A stretch of DNA of 64,000 nt, taken from assembly GCA_026004395.1 (NCBI GenBank), contig BPJB01000001.1:263343-327342 (forward strand). The letters run 5' to 3'. This stretch comes from Patescibacteria group bacterium (lineage in GTDB: Bacteria > Patescibacteriota > Microgenomatia > Levybacterales > UBA12049). A program made the translations under genes and the position numbers. The notes below the pieces were generated by a model. That model was not told the origin of the DNA. It searched no databases and worked only from the letters and a program-made list of their open reading frames with translations. Shown piece by piece: positions 31,324 to 40,345 of the stretch. Positions within the stretch are counted from its first letter, which is position 1, and every line of letters starts with the position of its first letter.

Positions 31324-31687
31324 ATTCTACAAAGAAGAAATTTTAGAACATTATCGCAATCCTCAAAATTTTGGTAAATTATCTAATTTTTCTCACTCTT
31401 CAAAAATTGTCAATCCATTTTGTGGAGATAAAATTGAGATGTATATTTATCTTCAGGATGGTGTTATATCTGCAATTTCTTTTGTTGCAGAGGGTTGTGC
31501 TATAAGCATTGCAGCTGCATCTTTGCTTACAGAATATGTGGAGAAAAAACATCTAAAAGAATTGACAGTATTTTCCGAAAATACTATGCTGGATTTGCTT
31601 AATATAGAAATCTCTGAAACTCGGAAAAAGTGTGCTTTATTAGCTTATTCTGCTTTCAAAGATGCCTTATGGGGAAATATAAAGTAA
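31316..31687 (+). CDS. sufU: SufU/NifU-like Fe-S scaffold protein
   Basis: NPFCGDKIEMYI...VAEGCAISIAAASL carries the conserved Cys pattern of SufU/IscU. Confidence 0.8.
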   Translation: MNEFYKEEILEHYRNPQNFGKLSNFSHSSKIVNPFCGDKIEMYIYLQDGVISAISFVAEGCAISIAAASLLTEYVEKKHLKELTVFSENTMLDLLNIEISETRKKCALLAYSAFKDALWGNIK

Positions 31688-31965
31688 AAGTAGATAGATC
31701 ATTATGTATTGGTGCAGGATCATGCGAGGCAATTGCGCCACAAGCATTTAGACTTGATAACAATGGTAAAGTCATTTTGAGGAAGAAAGAAGGATTGCAG
31801 TTCACAGATACTTCTTACTTTGAAGAACTGGAAGAAACAGCGGAAAATATCTGGAATGCTGCTAAGGTTTGTCCCGTAAATGCAATTAAAATCATTGAAG
31901 TTGATGATAAAGGCAATGAAAGACAAATTTGGCCCTCAGAAGACAAAAGAAGAGGGAATTTATGA
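31669..31965 (+). CDS. Ferredoxin (single [4Fe-4S]/[3Fe-4S] type)
   Basis: MGKYKVKVDRSLCIGAGSCEAIAP...CPVNAI Cys pattern. Confidence 0.7.
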   Translation: MGKYKVKVDRSLCIGAGSCEAIAPQAFRLDNNGKVILRKKEGLQFTDTSYFEELEETAENIWNAAKVCPVNAIKIIEVDDKGNERQIWPSEDKRRGNL

Positions 31966-32098
31966 ATATATAATAGGAAATGGGACAAATACTAAAGGAC
32001 AGCTGTGCCCGGTCTGTAAATATATAATAGGATTACTTCCCGGATCACCTGATGCGATATGCAAAAATTGCGGTTATAAAGATCCCTGTTGCGAATGA
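31916..32098 (+). CDS. Small Cys-rich zinc-ribbon protein (tentative)
   Basis: Two CxxC pairs (CPVCKYIIG...CKNCGYKDPCC). Its stop overlaps the next gene's start as ATGA. The start is uncertain and the 5' part overlaps the ferredoxin gene. Confidence 0.4.
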   Translation: MKDKFGPQKTKEEGIYEYIIGNGTNTKGQLCPVCKYIIGLLPGSPDAICKNCGYKDPCCE

Positions 32099-32631
32099 TA
32101 AAAGTAGCCATTGGTTCCAAAAATCCAGTAAAGATTGCAGCTGTAAAAGAGGCGTTTCTGCTTGTCTGGCCTGAAAAGAAATTTACTTTTGAAGCTGTTG
32201 AAGTACAATCTGGTGTCTCAGATCAGCCGATGAGCGATGAAGAGAGTATTATTGGAGCTCGTAATAGAGCAAAAAGATCTCGTGAAATCCTCTCTGCTGA
32301 ATATGGAATTGGTATTGAAGGAGGTATGCAGCATATTGGAAATAAGTGGTTCGACTGTGGTGTTATCGTGGTTCAGAGAAAAGATGGGAAAGAAGGCATT
32401 GCTTCATCAATTAGGATGGAAGTACCTCCAAAAATGCTAACTCTAATCATGCAAGGAATGGAACTCGGAGAAGCTTGTGACATTATCTTTAATAAGAAAA
32501 ATTCAAAACAAAATATGGGTCATTTTGGACTTATGACCAACGGAGTTATCTCTCGTCAACATGGATATAGGGATGGTGTTATAGCTGCTCTTGCGGTATT
32601 TCTTCATCCGGATTTATTTCAAGAAAAGTAA
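32095..32631 (+). CDS. Non-canonical purine NTP phosphatase (YjjX/DUF84-like)
   Basis: MIKVAIGSKNPVKIAAVKEAF...VQSGVSDQPMSDEE...GARNRA matches the DUF84 N-terminal pattern. The ORF-track start at 32089 is a TTG codon. Confidence 0.7.
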   Translation: MIKVAIGSKNPVKIAAVKEAFLLVWPEKKFTFEAVEVQSGVSDQPMSDEESIIGARNRAKRSREILSAEYGIGIEGGMQHIGNKWFDCGVIVVQRKDGKEGIASSIRMEVPPKMLTLIMQGMELGEACDIIFNKKNSKQNMGHFGLMTNGVISRQHGYRDGVIAALAVFLHPDLFQEK

Positions 32632-33294
32632 CTATACATAAAGATCTTGAAGAACATCATTTATTTCCTTTTTTCCTCTTGCTGGTGCGTACTCCCGTCC
32701 ATATAAAATAAGAAGGTGAGGAAATTCAATCCACCATTTTTTAGGAACTATCTTCATTAAGTCTTGCTCTATCTTTTCAGGGTCTTTTTGGTCAGTAAGT
32801 CCGAGTCTGCGTGCCAGTCGCATGACATGTGTATCCACAACAATTCCTTCAGATTTACCAAAAGCATTTCCTAAAACGACGTTTGCGGTTTTACGTGCGA
32901 CTCCAGGAAGTGCGTCAAGTTCTTCCATTGTATCTGGAACTCTGCCAGCATGTTTTTTGACAATCTGTTCTGCTGCAGATTTAATCGCTTTTGCTTTATT
33001 ATGATGAAAGTTTATTGTCTTAATCATTTGATCTATTTCTTCAACTGATGCATTGGCAAAATCTTCAGCAGTTTTGAATTTTTTAAAAAGAGCAGGTGTT
33101 ACTAAATTTACTTGCTTGTCTGTTGCTTGTGCCGAAAGAATAGTTGCGACGAGGAGTTCAAAAGGATTGGAGAAATGAAGAGCTGTTTTTGGCTTGGGAA
33201 AAATTTTTTTTAGCCGGGTATAGACCTCTATGACTTTTTCTTCTTTTGTCATGTATTTATTATAATCTAAAAGATAAGTTTTTTCACGCTTCAA
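32632..33294 (-). CDS. nth: Endonuclease III-like HhH-GPD DNA glycosylase
   Basis: LVATILSAQATDKQVN and a catalytic-Lys region. HhH motif LPGVARKTANVVL plus VVDTHV. No C-terminal Cys4 cluster. Confidence 0.85.
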   Translation of the reverse strand: MKREKTYLLDYNKYMTKEEKVIEVYTRLKKIFPKPKTALHFSNPFELLVATILSAQATDKQVNLVTPALFKKFKTAEDFANASVEEIDQMIKTINFHHNKAKAIKSAAEQIVKKHAGRVPDTMEELDALPGVARKTANVVLGNAFGKSEGIVVDTHVMRLARRLGLTDQKDPEKIEQDLMKIVPKKWWIEFPHLLILYGREYAPARGKKEINDVLQDLYV

Positions 33295-33338
33295 AGATCC
33301 TCGTAGAAAGTTTGGGAGATCCTTGCTACTATGATTAT

Positions 33339-35075
33339 ATGATTGATATTCAATGGATGATAGGCGGTGAGGCAGGGTATGGGATCATGACAACAGGGGT
33401 CATGATGTCCAAAATTTTTACAAGATTAGGTTTGTCTGTATTTGATTATGTTGAATATCCATCCCTTATTCGTGGTGGACACAATGCATATTACGTTAGG
33501 GGGTCAGATGAGAAGGTATATTCTCAGAAAAAGACAGTTGACATCCTCGTGGCTCTTAATCACGAAACTATAGAAAAACATAAGGATGAGCTTGTACCTC
33601 AATCCGTGATACTTTATGACTCCAACTCTATAAAGCTAAAGAATGAGTTCTCCAAAGGTATTCTTACTATCCCCATTCCACTTTTAGACATGATGAATGA
33701 TCTTCAGATAGATCATCTCATGATCAATACTATAACAATTGGCGCTTCCCTTGCTCTTTTGTATGATGATTTTTCTTTACTTCAAAAAATTATGCAGGAT
33801 ACATTTATCAAAAAAGGTGAGGAAGTTGTTGCCATTAATACCAAAACGTCCAAAGCTGGATTTGATTTTATAAAAGAAAAATATAATGGCGTATTTAAAA
33901 AAAAGTTTAGCTTAAATCAACAAAGTTCTCTTTTGATGTCAGGAGCAGATGCTGTTGCGCTTGGTGCAATACGTGCAGGTCTTAAGTTTGCTGCTATCTA
34001 TCCTATGACACCTATTAACTCTATTCTCACAAAACTTACCCAACATGCTCTTTCCTATAACATTATTGTCAAGGAACCTGAAGATGAAATAGCAGGTATT
34101 AATATGGCAATTGGGGCATCTTTTGCAGGTGTTAGAAGTATGGTGGCAACCTCAGGCGGAGGATTTTCTCTTATGGTGGAGTCAGTAGGACTGGCTGCAC
34201 AGACAGAAACACCGCTTGTTATTGTCATGGGGATGAGGCCAGGTCCAGCAACAGGTATGCCAACATGGACAGAACAAGGAGATTTACGGTTTGTGATGCA
34301 TGCAGCCCAAGGAGATTTCCCTCGCATTATCCTAACGCCCGGTGATATTGATGAATGTTTTTCATTAACATTGAGAGCTTTTAATTTAGCAGAGAAGTAT
34401 CAGTTACCCGTAGTAGTACTTGTAGATAAATATCTGATGGAGGGTCATGCGACAGTTAAGATAGACAAACTTAGATTGGAAAATGCGTGGTATCGGATAG
34501 ATAGGGGTAAAATAGTGTCCAGTGCACAATTAAAAGGAATTAAAGATTTTAAAAGATACATTTTAACAAATGATGGTATATCTCCACGTTCGCTTCCCGG
34601 ACAAGAGGGTGGTATAAGCTTCTCAGGATCCGATGAACACGATGAAAGAGGACTTTATAACGAAGATGCAGATATGAGAGAAGCCATGATGGAAAAAAGG
34701 TTTAAAAAATTAAAAACTTTAGAAAAAGAAATACTCGTTCCTCAAGTTTATGGATCAAAAAATGCTGAAATAACATTGATTGAGTTTGGTTCAACTAAAC
34801 TTCCTTGTCTTGAAGCAATGAAATGTCTGCAAGATGAAGAAATAAACATAAATGTTATTCATTTTTCTTGGGTTCATCCATTTCCATCAAAACACTTTAT
34901 TCAGTTAGTAAAAAAGTCTAAAAAAACAATTGTTGTTGAAGGAAATTACTCAGGGCAATTTGAAGGAATTCTTAGAGAACGAACAGGTTTTGTACCTGAT
35001 GATCGGCTGCGAAAATACAATGGTCGTCCTTTTTATCCTGAAGAAATTATTGCAAAAATCAAGGAGATAATATGA
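33339..35075 (+). CDS. korA: 2-oxoacid:ferredoxin oxidoreductase alpha subunit (fused gamma-alpha type)
   Basis: 579 aa from the MIDIQWMIGGEAGYG start, with POR N- and transketolase-like regions. The longer ORF-track start would overlap nth. Confidence 0.85.
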   Translation: MIDIQWMIGGEAGYGIMTTGVMMSKIFTRLGLSVFDYVEYPSLIRGGHNAYYVRGSDEKVYSQKKTVDILVALNHETIEKHKDELVPQSVILYDSNSIKLKNEFSKGILTIPIPLLDMMNDLQIDHLMINTITIGASLALLYDDFSLLQKIMQDTFIKKGEEVVAINTKTSKAGFDFIKEKYNGVFKKKFSLNQQSSLLMSGADAVALGAIRAGLKFAAIYPMTPINSILTKLTQHALSYNIIVKEPEDEIAGINMAIGASFAGVRSMVATSGGGFSLMVESVGLAAQTETPLVIVMGMRPGPATGMPTWTEQGDLRFVMHAAQGDFPRIILTPGDIDECFSLTLRAFNLAEKYQLPVVVLVDKYLMEGHATVKIDKLRLENAWYRIDRGKIVSSAQLKGIKDFKRYILTNDGISPRSLPGQEGGISFSGSDEHDERGLYNEDADMREAMMEKRFKKLKTLEKEILVPQVYGSKNAEITLIEFGSTKLPCLEAMKCLQDEEININVIHFSWVHPFPSKHFIQLVKKSKKTIVVEGNYSGQFEGILRERTGFVPDDRLRKYNGRPFYPEEIIAKIKEII

Positions 35076-35962
35076 CCACGTTAAAAGATTTGGAAATTAA
35101 TTACGACAGTCCTAATTGGTGTCCCGGATGCGGAGATTTTGGTATATGGTTATCTCTTAAAAAAGCAATCGTTGAATTAGATCTTAATCCGTCTAAGGTA
35201 GTACTTGTTTCAGGGATTGGATGTTCTGGGAAGCTACCTTACTGGGTAAAAACTTATGGTTTTAATGGATTACACGGTAGACCAATACCAGTCGCTGAGG
35301 GTATCAGACTTGCTAATCATGAACTAACAGTAATTGTTATTGGAGGAGATGGAGACCAGTATGCAGAGGGAGGAAATCATCTTCTTCACGCAATGCGTCG
35401 CAATGTCAATATTACTCTTCTGGTGCATAATAATCAAATTTATGGTTTGACTACTGGACAGTATTCACCTACCACTGACATTGGTGAAAAAAATAAAGCA
35501 ACTCCTATACCAACTGTTGAACCACCTCTTAATCCATTAAGTCTTGCGATCTCAGCTGGTGCGACTTTTGTTGCCAGAGGATTTGCAGGTGATACCATCC
35601 TTGAGACAAATCTTCTAAAGGAGGCAATCAAACACAAAGGTTTTGCAATTATTGATTCATTGCAACCTTGTGTGACATTCAATCAGAAGAACACATATTC
35701 GTGGTTTTATGAAAGGATCATTAATGTTAATGAAAAGGGCCATGATCCGACAGACAAAATGAAAGCGTTTGCTTTATCTGAACAGTGGCCACTCAAAAAA
35801 GCTTCGCAAGATGATGAAAAAGAACAAATACCAGTAGGAATTTTATATAAAGAGCAGAGATTATCATGGGAAGAAGGAATTCCTCAAATTGCCAAAATGC
35901 CTCTTGTAAAACAACTTCGTCAAGAGGTAGATATAAATTCTCTTCTTGATGAACTTCTTTAA
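35072..35962 (+). CDS. korB: 2-oxoacid:ferredoxin oxidoreductase beta subunit (TPP-binding)
   Basis: CPGCGDFG, GIGCSGK and a GGDGD thiamine-PP motif. It overlaps korA. Confidence 0.85.
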   Translation: MTTLKDLEINYDSPNWCPGCGDFGIWLSLKKAIVELDLNPSKVVLVSGIGCSGKLPYWVKTYGFNGLHGRPIPVAEGIRLANHELTVIVIGGDGDQYAEGGNHLLHAMRRNVNITLLVHNNQIYGLTTGQYSPTTDIGEKNKATPIPTVEPPLNPLSLAISAGATFVARGFAGDTILETNLLKEAIKHKGFAIIDSLQPCVTFNQKNTYSWFYERIINVNEKGHDPTDKMKAFALSEQWPLKKASQDDEKEQIPVGILYKEQRLSWEEGIPQIAKMPLVKQLRQEVDINSLLDELL

Positions 35963-35985
35963 TATCTCTATTTCTCTATTATGCA

Positions 35986-36011
35986 AAACCCCGCTTGTTG
36001 AGGCGGGGTTT
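35986..36011. terminator. Bidirectional rho-independent terminator hairpin
   Basis: Perfect 9-bp GC-rich stem AAACCCCGC / GCGGGGTTT with an 8-nt loop. T-rich flanks on both strands. It lies between convergent korB (ends 35962) and the minus-strand small gene (ends 36060). Confidence 0.5.
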
Positions 36012-36059
36012 GTCATGTGTTTCTTGAGGTGTATTGTCCTCAAGAAAAAAATGAAAAGC

Positions 36060-36209
36060 TTATGCAGCTTTACCGATTTTGTACATCCCTGTACCACAAA
36101 CTGGACATTTACCCTTCATTGCAGGTTTGCCATTTTTCATAGTTACAGGTGTTGCATTCGGATCGTCACGCTTTGCTCGACATTTAACACAGTACATTTC
36201 TGCCATCAT
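36060..36209 (-). CDS. Small zinc-ribbon protein (DUF5679-like), 49 aa
   Basis: Minus-strand translation MMAEMYCVKCRAKRDDPNATPVTMKNGKPAMKGKCPVCGTGMYKIGKAA. CxxC...CxxC, with a strong GGAGGTGA SD 7 nt upstream. Absent from the ORF track because it is under 60 aa. Confidence 0.6.
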   Translation of the reverse strand: MMAEMYCVKCRAKRDDPNATPVTMKNGKPAMKGKCPVCGTGMYKIGKAA

Positions 36210-36322
36210 TAGTCACCTCCTCTCAACCCATTAACAATATTAACTGGGATTCACGAGACACGTAGATATACTAGATATACGTTGCATAAGATGAGTTTGT
36301 CAAGATTTAGAATGTCAGCAGG

Positions 36323-36598
36323 TTACTTAAGAAAAAAGAATAATAAGAACTCTGCCAAAATAATAGCCAATGTTACAACTGTTGTTCGCACAAGATCCTG
36401 TCTGACAAAAGTATATTCTACGATATTTTTTGGAAGATTATTGTACGATACAGGAGATAAGGCAAAAGAGGGAGAAGACGATAAAATTGATGAGTTATTG
36501 TCTCTTAAATGACTGGTGTTTTCGATACTAATACTAATATTTTGACGTCGTTTGTCTGCTTTTATTTTTTGTAGACGAGTTTTTTTCTTTTTAGACAT
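36323..36598 (-). CDS. Hypothetical small protein with basic N-terminus and C-terminal TM
   Basis: 91-aa ORF: MSKKKKTRLQKIKADKRRQ... then a hydrophobic C-terminus. No homology recognisable. Confidence 0.35.
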   Translation of the reverse strand: MSKKKKTRLQKIKADKRRQNISISIENTSHLRDNNSSILSSSPSFALSPVSYNNLPKNIVEYTFVRQDLVRTTVVTLAIILAEFLLFFFLK

Positions 36599-36620
36599 AG
36601 TTGTAGCTTACGTTACACTA

Positions 36621-36650
36621 TTGACATTGAGGCTGTCAAGAGGCTAATAT
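36621..36650 (+). promoter_or_regulatory. Promoter TTGACA-N18-TAATAT giving a leaderless transcript, within a palindrome
   Basis: -35 TTGACA at 36621-36626 and -10 TAATAT at 36645-36650. The ATG at 36659 coincides with the predicted TSS. The -35 is part of the palindrome TTGACA-N7-TGTCAA (36621-36639), which could also serve the divergent minus gene. Confidence 0.5.
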
Positions 36651-36658
36651 GAGCATAT

Positions 36659-37147
36659 ATGCCCTTGTTTATCCAAGTAATAGCTTTGGCTATTTTTTTT
36701 GTTTGGTTGCTCATTTTAACGTATCTTTTAGTGCAAATGAGTCAGCATTACAACATGCTTACAAAAGATATTTCTAAGAAAACTCTAACAGCATTTTTAG
36801 AACAGATCATCAAGGAATTAGAAATTAACAAAAAAAATATTGCAAGAATTTCAGAACAATGTGATAAAATAGAAAAAGACGGTCAATTGCACATTCAGAA
36901 AATTGGTTTATTGCGTTTTAACCCCTTTAAAGATACTGGTGGTGACCAAAGCTTTATCTTAGCGTTAGTTGATGCTCAAGATACAGGCGTTATTATTTCA
37001 GGTCTTTATTCTCGTTCGGGAACTCGATGGTATGCGAAGAAAGTAGTTAATGGCAAGGGTGTAGAATATGAACTTTCTGATGAAGAAAAAAAAGCGTTAA
37101 GCATTGCGCAAAAAGTAGAGAGTAGACCTCAGAAAATAAAAGTATGA
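36659..37147 (+). CDS. DUF4446-like membrane-anchored protein
   Basis: N-terminal TM plus LLRFNPFKDTGGDQSFILALVDAQDTGVIISGLYSRSGTRWYAK, which I recognise as the DUF4446 signature (from memory). Confidence 0.55.
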   Translation: MPLFIQVIALAIFFVWLLILTYLLVQMSQHYNMLTKDISKKTLTAFLEQIIKELEINKKNIARISEQCDKIEKDGQLHIQKIGLLRFNPFKDTGGDQSFILALVDAQDTGVIISGLYSRSGTRWYAKKVVNGKGVEYELSDEEKKALSIAQKVESRPQKIKV

Positions 37148-38313
37148 AAAATCATAAACTTATAACCATACTTGGACTGATAGGTGTTTATTTGTTAGTA
37201 ACAGGCATTTCTTATACTGTTTTTTCTAAGAACACTACGACTGAGGAGAAGATTACTTCTCCAAAGGTAAGTAAAACAAATAATTATGAGGCACTTGAGT
37301 TTGATGATGACTCTCCCAAGACAGAAGAATGTCCACTTAACGGCGCAAGATACTCCAAGTCACAACGTAAATGGTGGGAAGGACATAGACCGCTGGGAAT
37401 AATGATTGAAAATCATGAGGAAGCACGTCCTCAGTCCGGATTATCGTTTGCGGATGTTATTTATGAAGCTGTTGCAGAGGGGGGAATAACGCGATTTCTT
37501 GCTATCTACTATTGCCAAGATGCTGGAATCGTTGGCCCAGTTAGATCAGCTCGCACTTACTTCCTTGATTGGATTTCAGAATATGGCGATTATCCTCTTT
37601 ATGCACATGTGGGAGGAGCAAATACACCCGGTCCTGCAGATGCTCTGGGACAGATTATTGACTATGGATGGAGTTCTTATAATGATCTCAACCAGTTTTC
37701 TATAGGTTTTCCTACATTTCGACGAGATGAAAGCAGACTTGGACATCCGGTAGCAACAGAACATACAATGTATTCGACAACATCTAAATTGTGGAAAGTA
37801 GCAGCCCAACGAGGTCTTACAGAAAAGGATAGAAAAGGAAATATTTGGAATGAAAATTTTGTTCAGTATTCTTTTAAAGATGATCCTAAAGAATCATCTC
37901 GAGGAGATTCACAGATAATTTCAGTTTCATTTTGGCCAAATCAACCCCAGTATGATGTACTCTGGAGATATGATAAATCCACAAATTCATATAAGAGAGA
38001 AAATGGAGGCAAACCTCATATTGATAACAATAACGATCTTCAGTTAAATGCAAAAAATGTTGTTATTTTATTCATGCAGCAAACGAATGCTAATGATGGT
38101 TATCCAGGAAATCTACACTTACTATATAAAAATAAAGGGAGAGGAAAAGCTTTAATTTTTCAAGATGGAAAGCAGATAACAGGAACGTGGAGGAAAGATA
38201 ATCGCGTTTCGAGAACTGAAATCATTGGACCTCAAGGTTCAGAAATAGAGTTTACGAGGGGAACTATATGGTTTCAAATCGTCCCCATCGGTGCTAAGAT
38301 CAATGTAGATTAA
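37144..38313 (+). CDS. DUF3048 (YerB-like) lipoprotein
   Basis: Signal/TM followed by RPLGIMIENHEEARPQSGLSFADVIYEAVAEGGITRFLAIYY, the DUF3048 N-domain pattern. It overlaps the preceding gene. Confidence 0.65.
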   Translation: MKNHKLITILGLIGVYLLVTGISYTVFSKNTTTEEKITSPKVSKTNNYEALEFDDDSPKTEECPLNGARYSKSQRKWWEGHRPLGIMIENHEEARPQSGLSFADVIYEAVAEGGITRFLAIYYCQDAGIVGPVRSARTYFLDWISEYGDYPLYAHVGGANTPGPADALGQIIDYGWSSYNDLNQFSIGFPTFRRDESRLGHPVATEHTMYSTTSKLWKVAAQRGLTEKDRKGNIWNENFVQYSFKDDPKESSRGDSQIISVSFWPNQPQYDVLWRYDKSTNSYKRENGGKPHIDNNNDLQLNAKNVVILFMQQTNANDGYPGNLHLLYKNKGRGKALIFQDGKQITGTWRKDNRVSRTEIIGPQGSEIEFTRGTIWFQIVPIGAKINVD

Positions 38314-38347
38314 GAATAGTTCTTGTATTCAAAATCTTCTTTATTTA

Positions 38348-38376
38348 TTGCAAAAGAAAGATTTTTTATATATAGT
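38348..38376 (+). promoter_or_regulatory. Sigma70-like promoter TTGCAA-N17-TATAGT
   Basis: -35 at 38348-38353 and -10 at 38371-38376. It sits about 25 nt upstream of the 38402 start, with no SD. Confidence 0.45.
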
Positions 38377-38401
38377 ATAAGAACAGTTTACTTATACAAT
38401 T

Positions 38402-38977
38402 ATGTTATCTGACCTTATCACATCAAAGTCTCGTATTAACCTCCTTAATGTTTTTTTGTCAAATCCATATGAGATGTTTCATGTTAGAGAATGTGTGAGA
38501 AGAACAGGAGATGAAATTAACGCAGTACGGCGAGAATTACAGTTTCTTGAAAAACGTGGTATTTTGCAAAAAGAACAGCGAGCCAACAGACTTTATTATT
38601 TCCTTGATAAGGAGTATCCATTTTACTATGATCTTCTGGCATTAGGAGTAAAGACAATAGGACTAGGAGCAGAAGTCTTAGAGAACAAGGCTAAACTTGG
38701 AAAGATTAAATATGCTATGTTTTCAGGTCGTTTTGTGAGAAGGTATAAAAAAAATCCTGATGATGTTGATTTTATGGTCATTGGGACTATAGTTCTTCCG
38801 GAATTAGCTGTATTAATTAGAAAAGAAGAGCAACGTCTTGGTATAGAAATTAACTATACTGCAATGACAGAAGAAGAATTCAAATTCAGAAAAAAGCGTA
38901 ATGATCCATTTATTACTGGGATTCTCTCTCAAGTTAGGGTCATGCTCATAGGAGATGAGGAGGCAATGCTTGCATGA
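38402..38977 (+). CDS. Putative winged-helix transcriptional regulator
   Basis: N-terminal HTH-like segment (INLLNVFLSNPYEMFHVRECVRRTGDEINAVRRELQFLEKRGIL). It overlaps secD by 4 nt. Confidence 0.5.
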   Translation: MLSDLITSKSRINLLNVFLSNPYEMFHVRECVRRTGDEINAVRRELQFLEKRGILQKEQRANRLYYFLDKEYPFYYDLLALGVKTIGLGAEVLENKAKLGKIKYAMFSGRFVRRYKKNPDDVDFMVIGTIVLPELAVLIRKEEQRLGIEINYTAMTEEEFKFRKKRNDPFITGILSQVRVMLIGDEEAMLA

Positions 38978-40326
38978 GACAGCCATCTCCACTTCTTATT
39001 ATTTTCATTTCTTTGATAACGATATTGGCTGTTTTAATTAATTTACCAAATTCGATTAACCTACCGATAAAAATTTGGGGAGTAAATAATATTCGTCTTA
39101 TTAATCTAAATACATTTCTTGCTGCGTTTGATATTAAACGCGATTTTTCTTTAAAGAAAGGGTTGGATCTTGAAGGCGGGACAAGTATTACGCTTAAGGC
39201 TGATATGAGTGAGATTCCCTCAGCAGAAAGAAATAATGCTTTAGATTCTGCACGTGAGGTAATTGAGAGAAGAATAAATTTTTTTGGAGTTTCAGAGCCT
39301 ATTATTCAAACATCTAGATCTGGAAATGATTATCGAATCATTGTTGAAATTCCGGGTATAACTGATGTAAATCAGGCAGTTCAACTTATTGGTACAACAG
39401 CTCAACTTACATTTTGGGAAGAAGGTGCCAGTCCATCTGCAGAGTTAGCAACCGATTCAGCGGCATTGCTTCCGTTTGGAGTAGCGCAGATTCTAGGTCC
39501 TAATGCAAAGAAGACAGATTTGACTGGTAAAGATCTACAAAAAGCAGTTGTGACATTTAATCCTAATACAGGAGTACCACAGGTGCAGTTAACATTCACA
39601 CCTGAAGGATCTAAGAAGTTTGCCGAAATAACAAAAAGAAATGTTGGTAAGATTGTTGGTATTGTACTTGATAATCAGCTTATTCAAGCACCGCGTGTGA
39701 GTGAGCCTATTTTTGGAGGTCGAGCTGAGATTACAGGACAGTTCACTACAGAACAGGCAAAAAATCTTCAGATCCAACTCAACGCAGGTGCACTTCCTGT
39801 GCCGCTCTCTGTGCTGGAACAAAGATCTATAGGAGCTAGTTTGGGAAATGTTTCATTGCAGAAAAGCTTTATTGCCGGACTAATTGGTTTTTTGGTGATT
39901 GTTGTATTTATGATTGCTTTATATGGACAGTTGGGAGTGGTGGCAAGTATGGCACTTACAGTATATACGTTGATCACATTAGCGATTTTCAGACTTATAC
40001 CTGTGACGTTAACACTTGCCGGAATTGCAGGTTTTATTCTCTCTATTGGTATTGCTGTTGATGCTAATATATTGATTTTTGAAAGGATGAGAGAAGAGAT
40101 GCGAAAAGGCAAATCCAATTATGTTGCATTAGATCTAGGATTTTCCAGAGCTTGGGCATCAATACGAGATTCCAATATTGCAAGTCTTATCACTAGTGCG
40201 ATTCTTATGATTTTTGGTACCGGGATTGTTAGAGGATTTGCTTTGACGCTTGCTATTGGTGTTCTTGTTTCATTGTTTTCTGCAATTACATTGACTAGAA
40301 CACTTTTGAGAATTATTTTTAGATAA
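38974..40326 (+). CDS. secD: Protein translocase subunit SecD
   Basis: N-terminal TM, a periplasmic domain, and a C-terminal 6-TM block with an LIGFLVIVVFMIALYG...GIAGFILSIGIAVDANILIFER pattern. Confidence 0.9.
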   Translation: MRQPSPLLIIFISLITILAVLINLPNSINLPIKIWGVNNIRLINLNTFLAAFDIKRDFSLKKGLDLEGGTSITLKADMSEIPSAERNNALDSAREVIERRINFFGVSEPIIQTSRSGNDYRIIVEIPGITDVNQAVQLIGTTAQLTFWEEGASPSAELATDSAALLPFGVAQILGPNAKKTDLTGKDLQKAVVTFNPNTGVPQVQLTFTPEGSKKFAEITKRNVGKIVGIVLDNQLIQAPRVSEPIFGGRAEITGQFTTEQAKNLQIQLNAGALPVPLSVLEQRSIGASLGNVSLQKSFIAGLIGFLVIVVFMIALYGQLGVVASMALTVYTLITLAIFRLIPVTLTLAGIAGFILSIGIAVDANILIFERMREEMRKGKSNYVALDLGFSRAWASIRDSNIASLITSAILMIFGTGIVRGFALTLAIGVLVSLFSAITLTRTLLRIIFR

Positions 40327-40345
40327 TAGGTATTTTTATTAAATT

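Noticed and set aside
35946-36212. 88-aa plus-strand ORF
   Set aside because: The minus strand here encodes a convincing zinc-ribbon peptide with a strong SD. The plus-strand ORF spans the terminator hairpin and has no start context.
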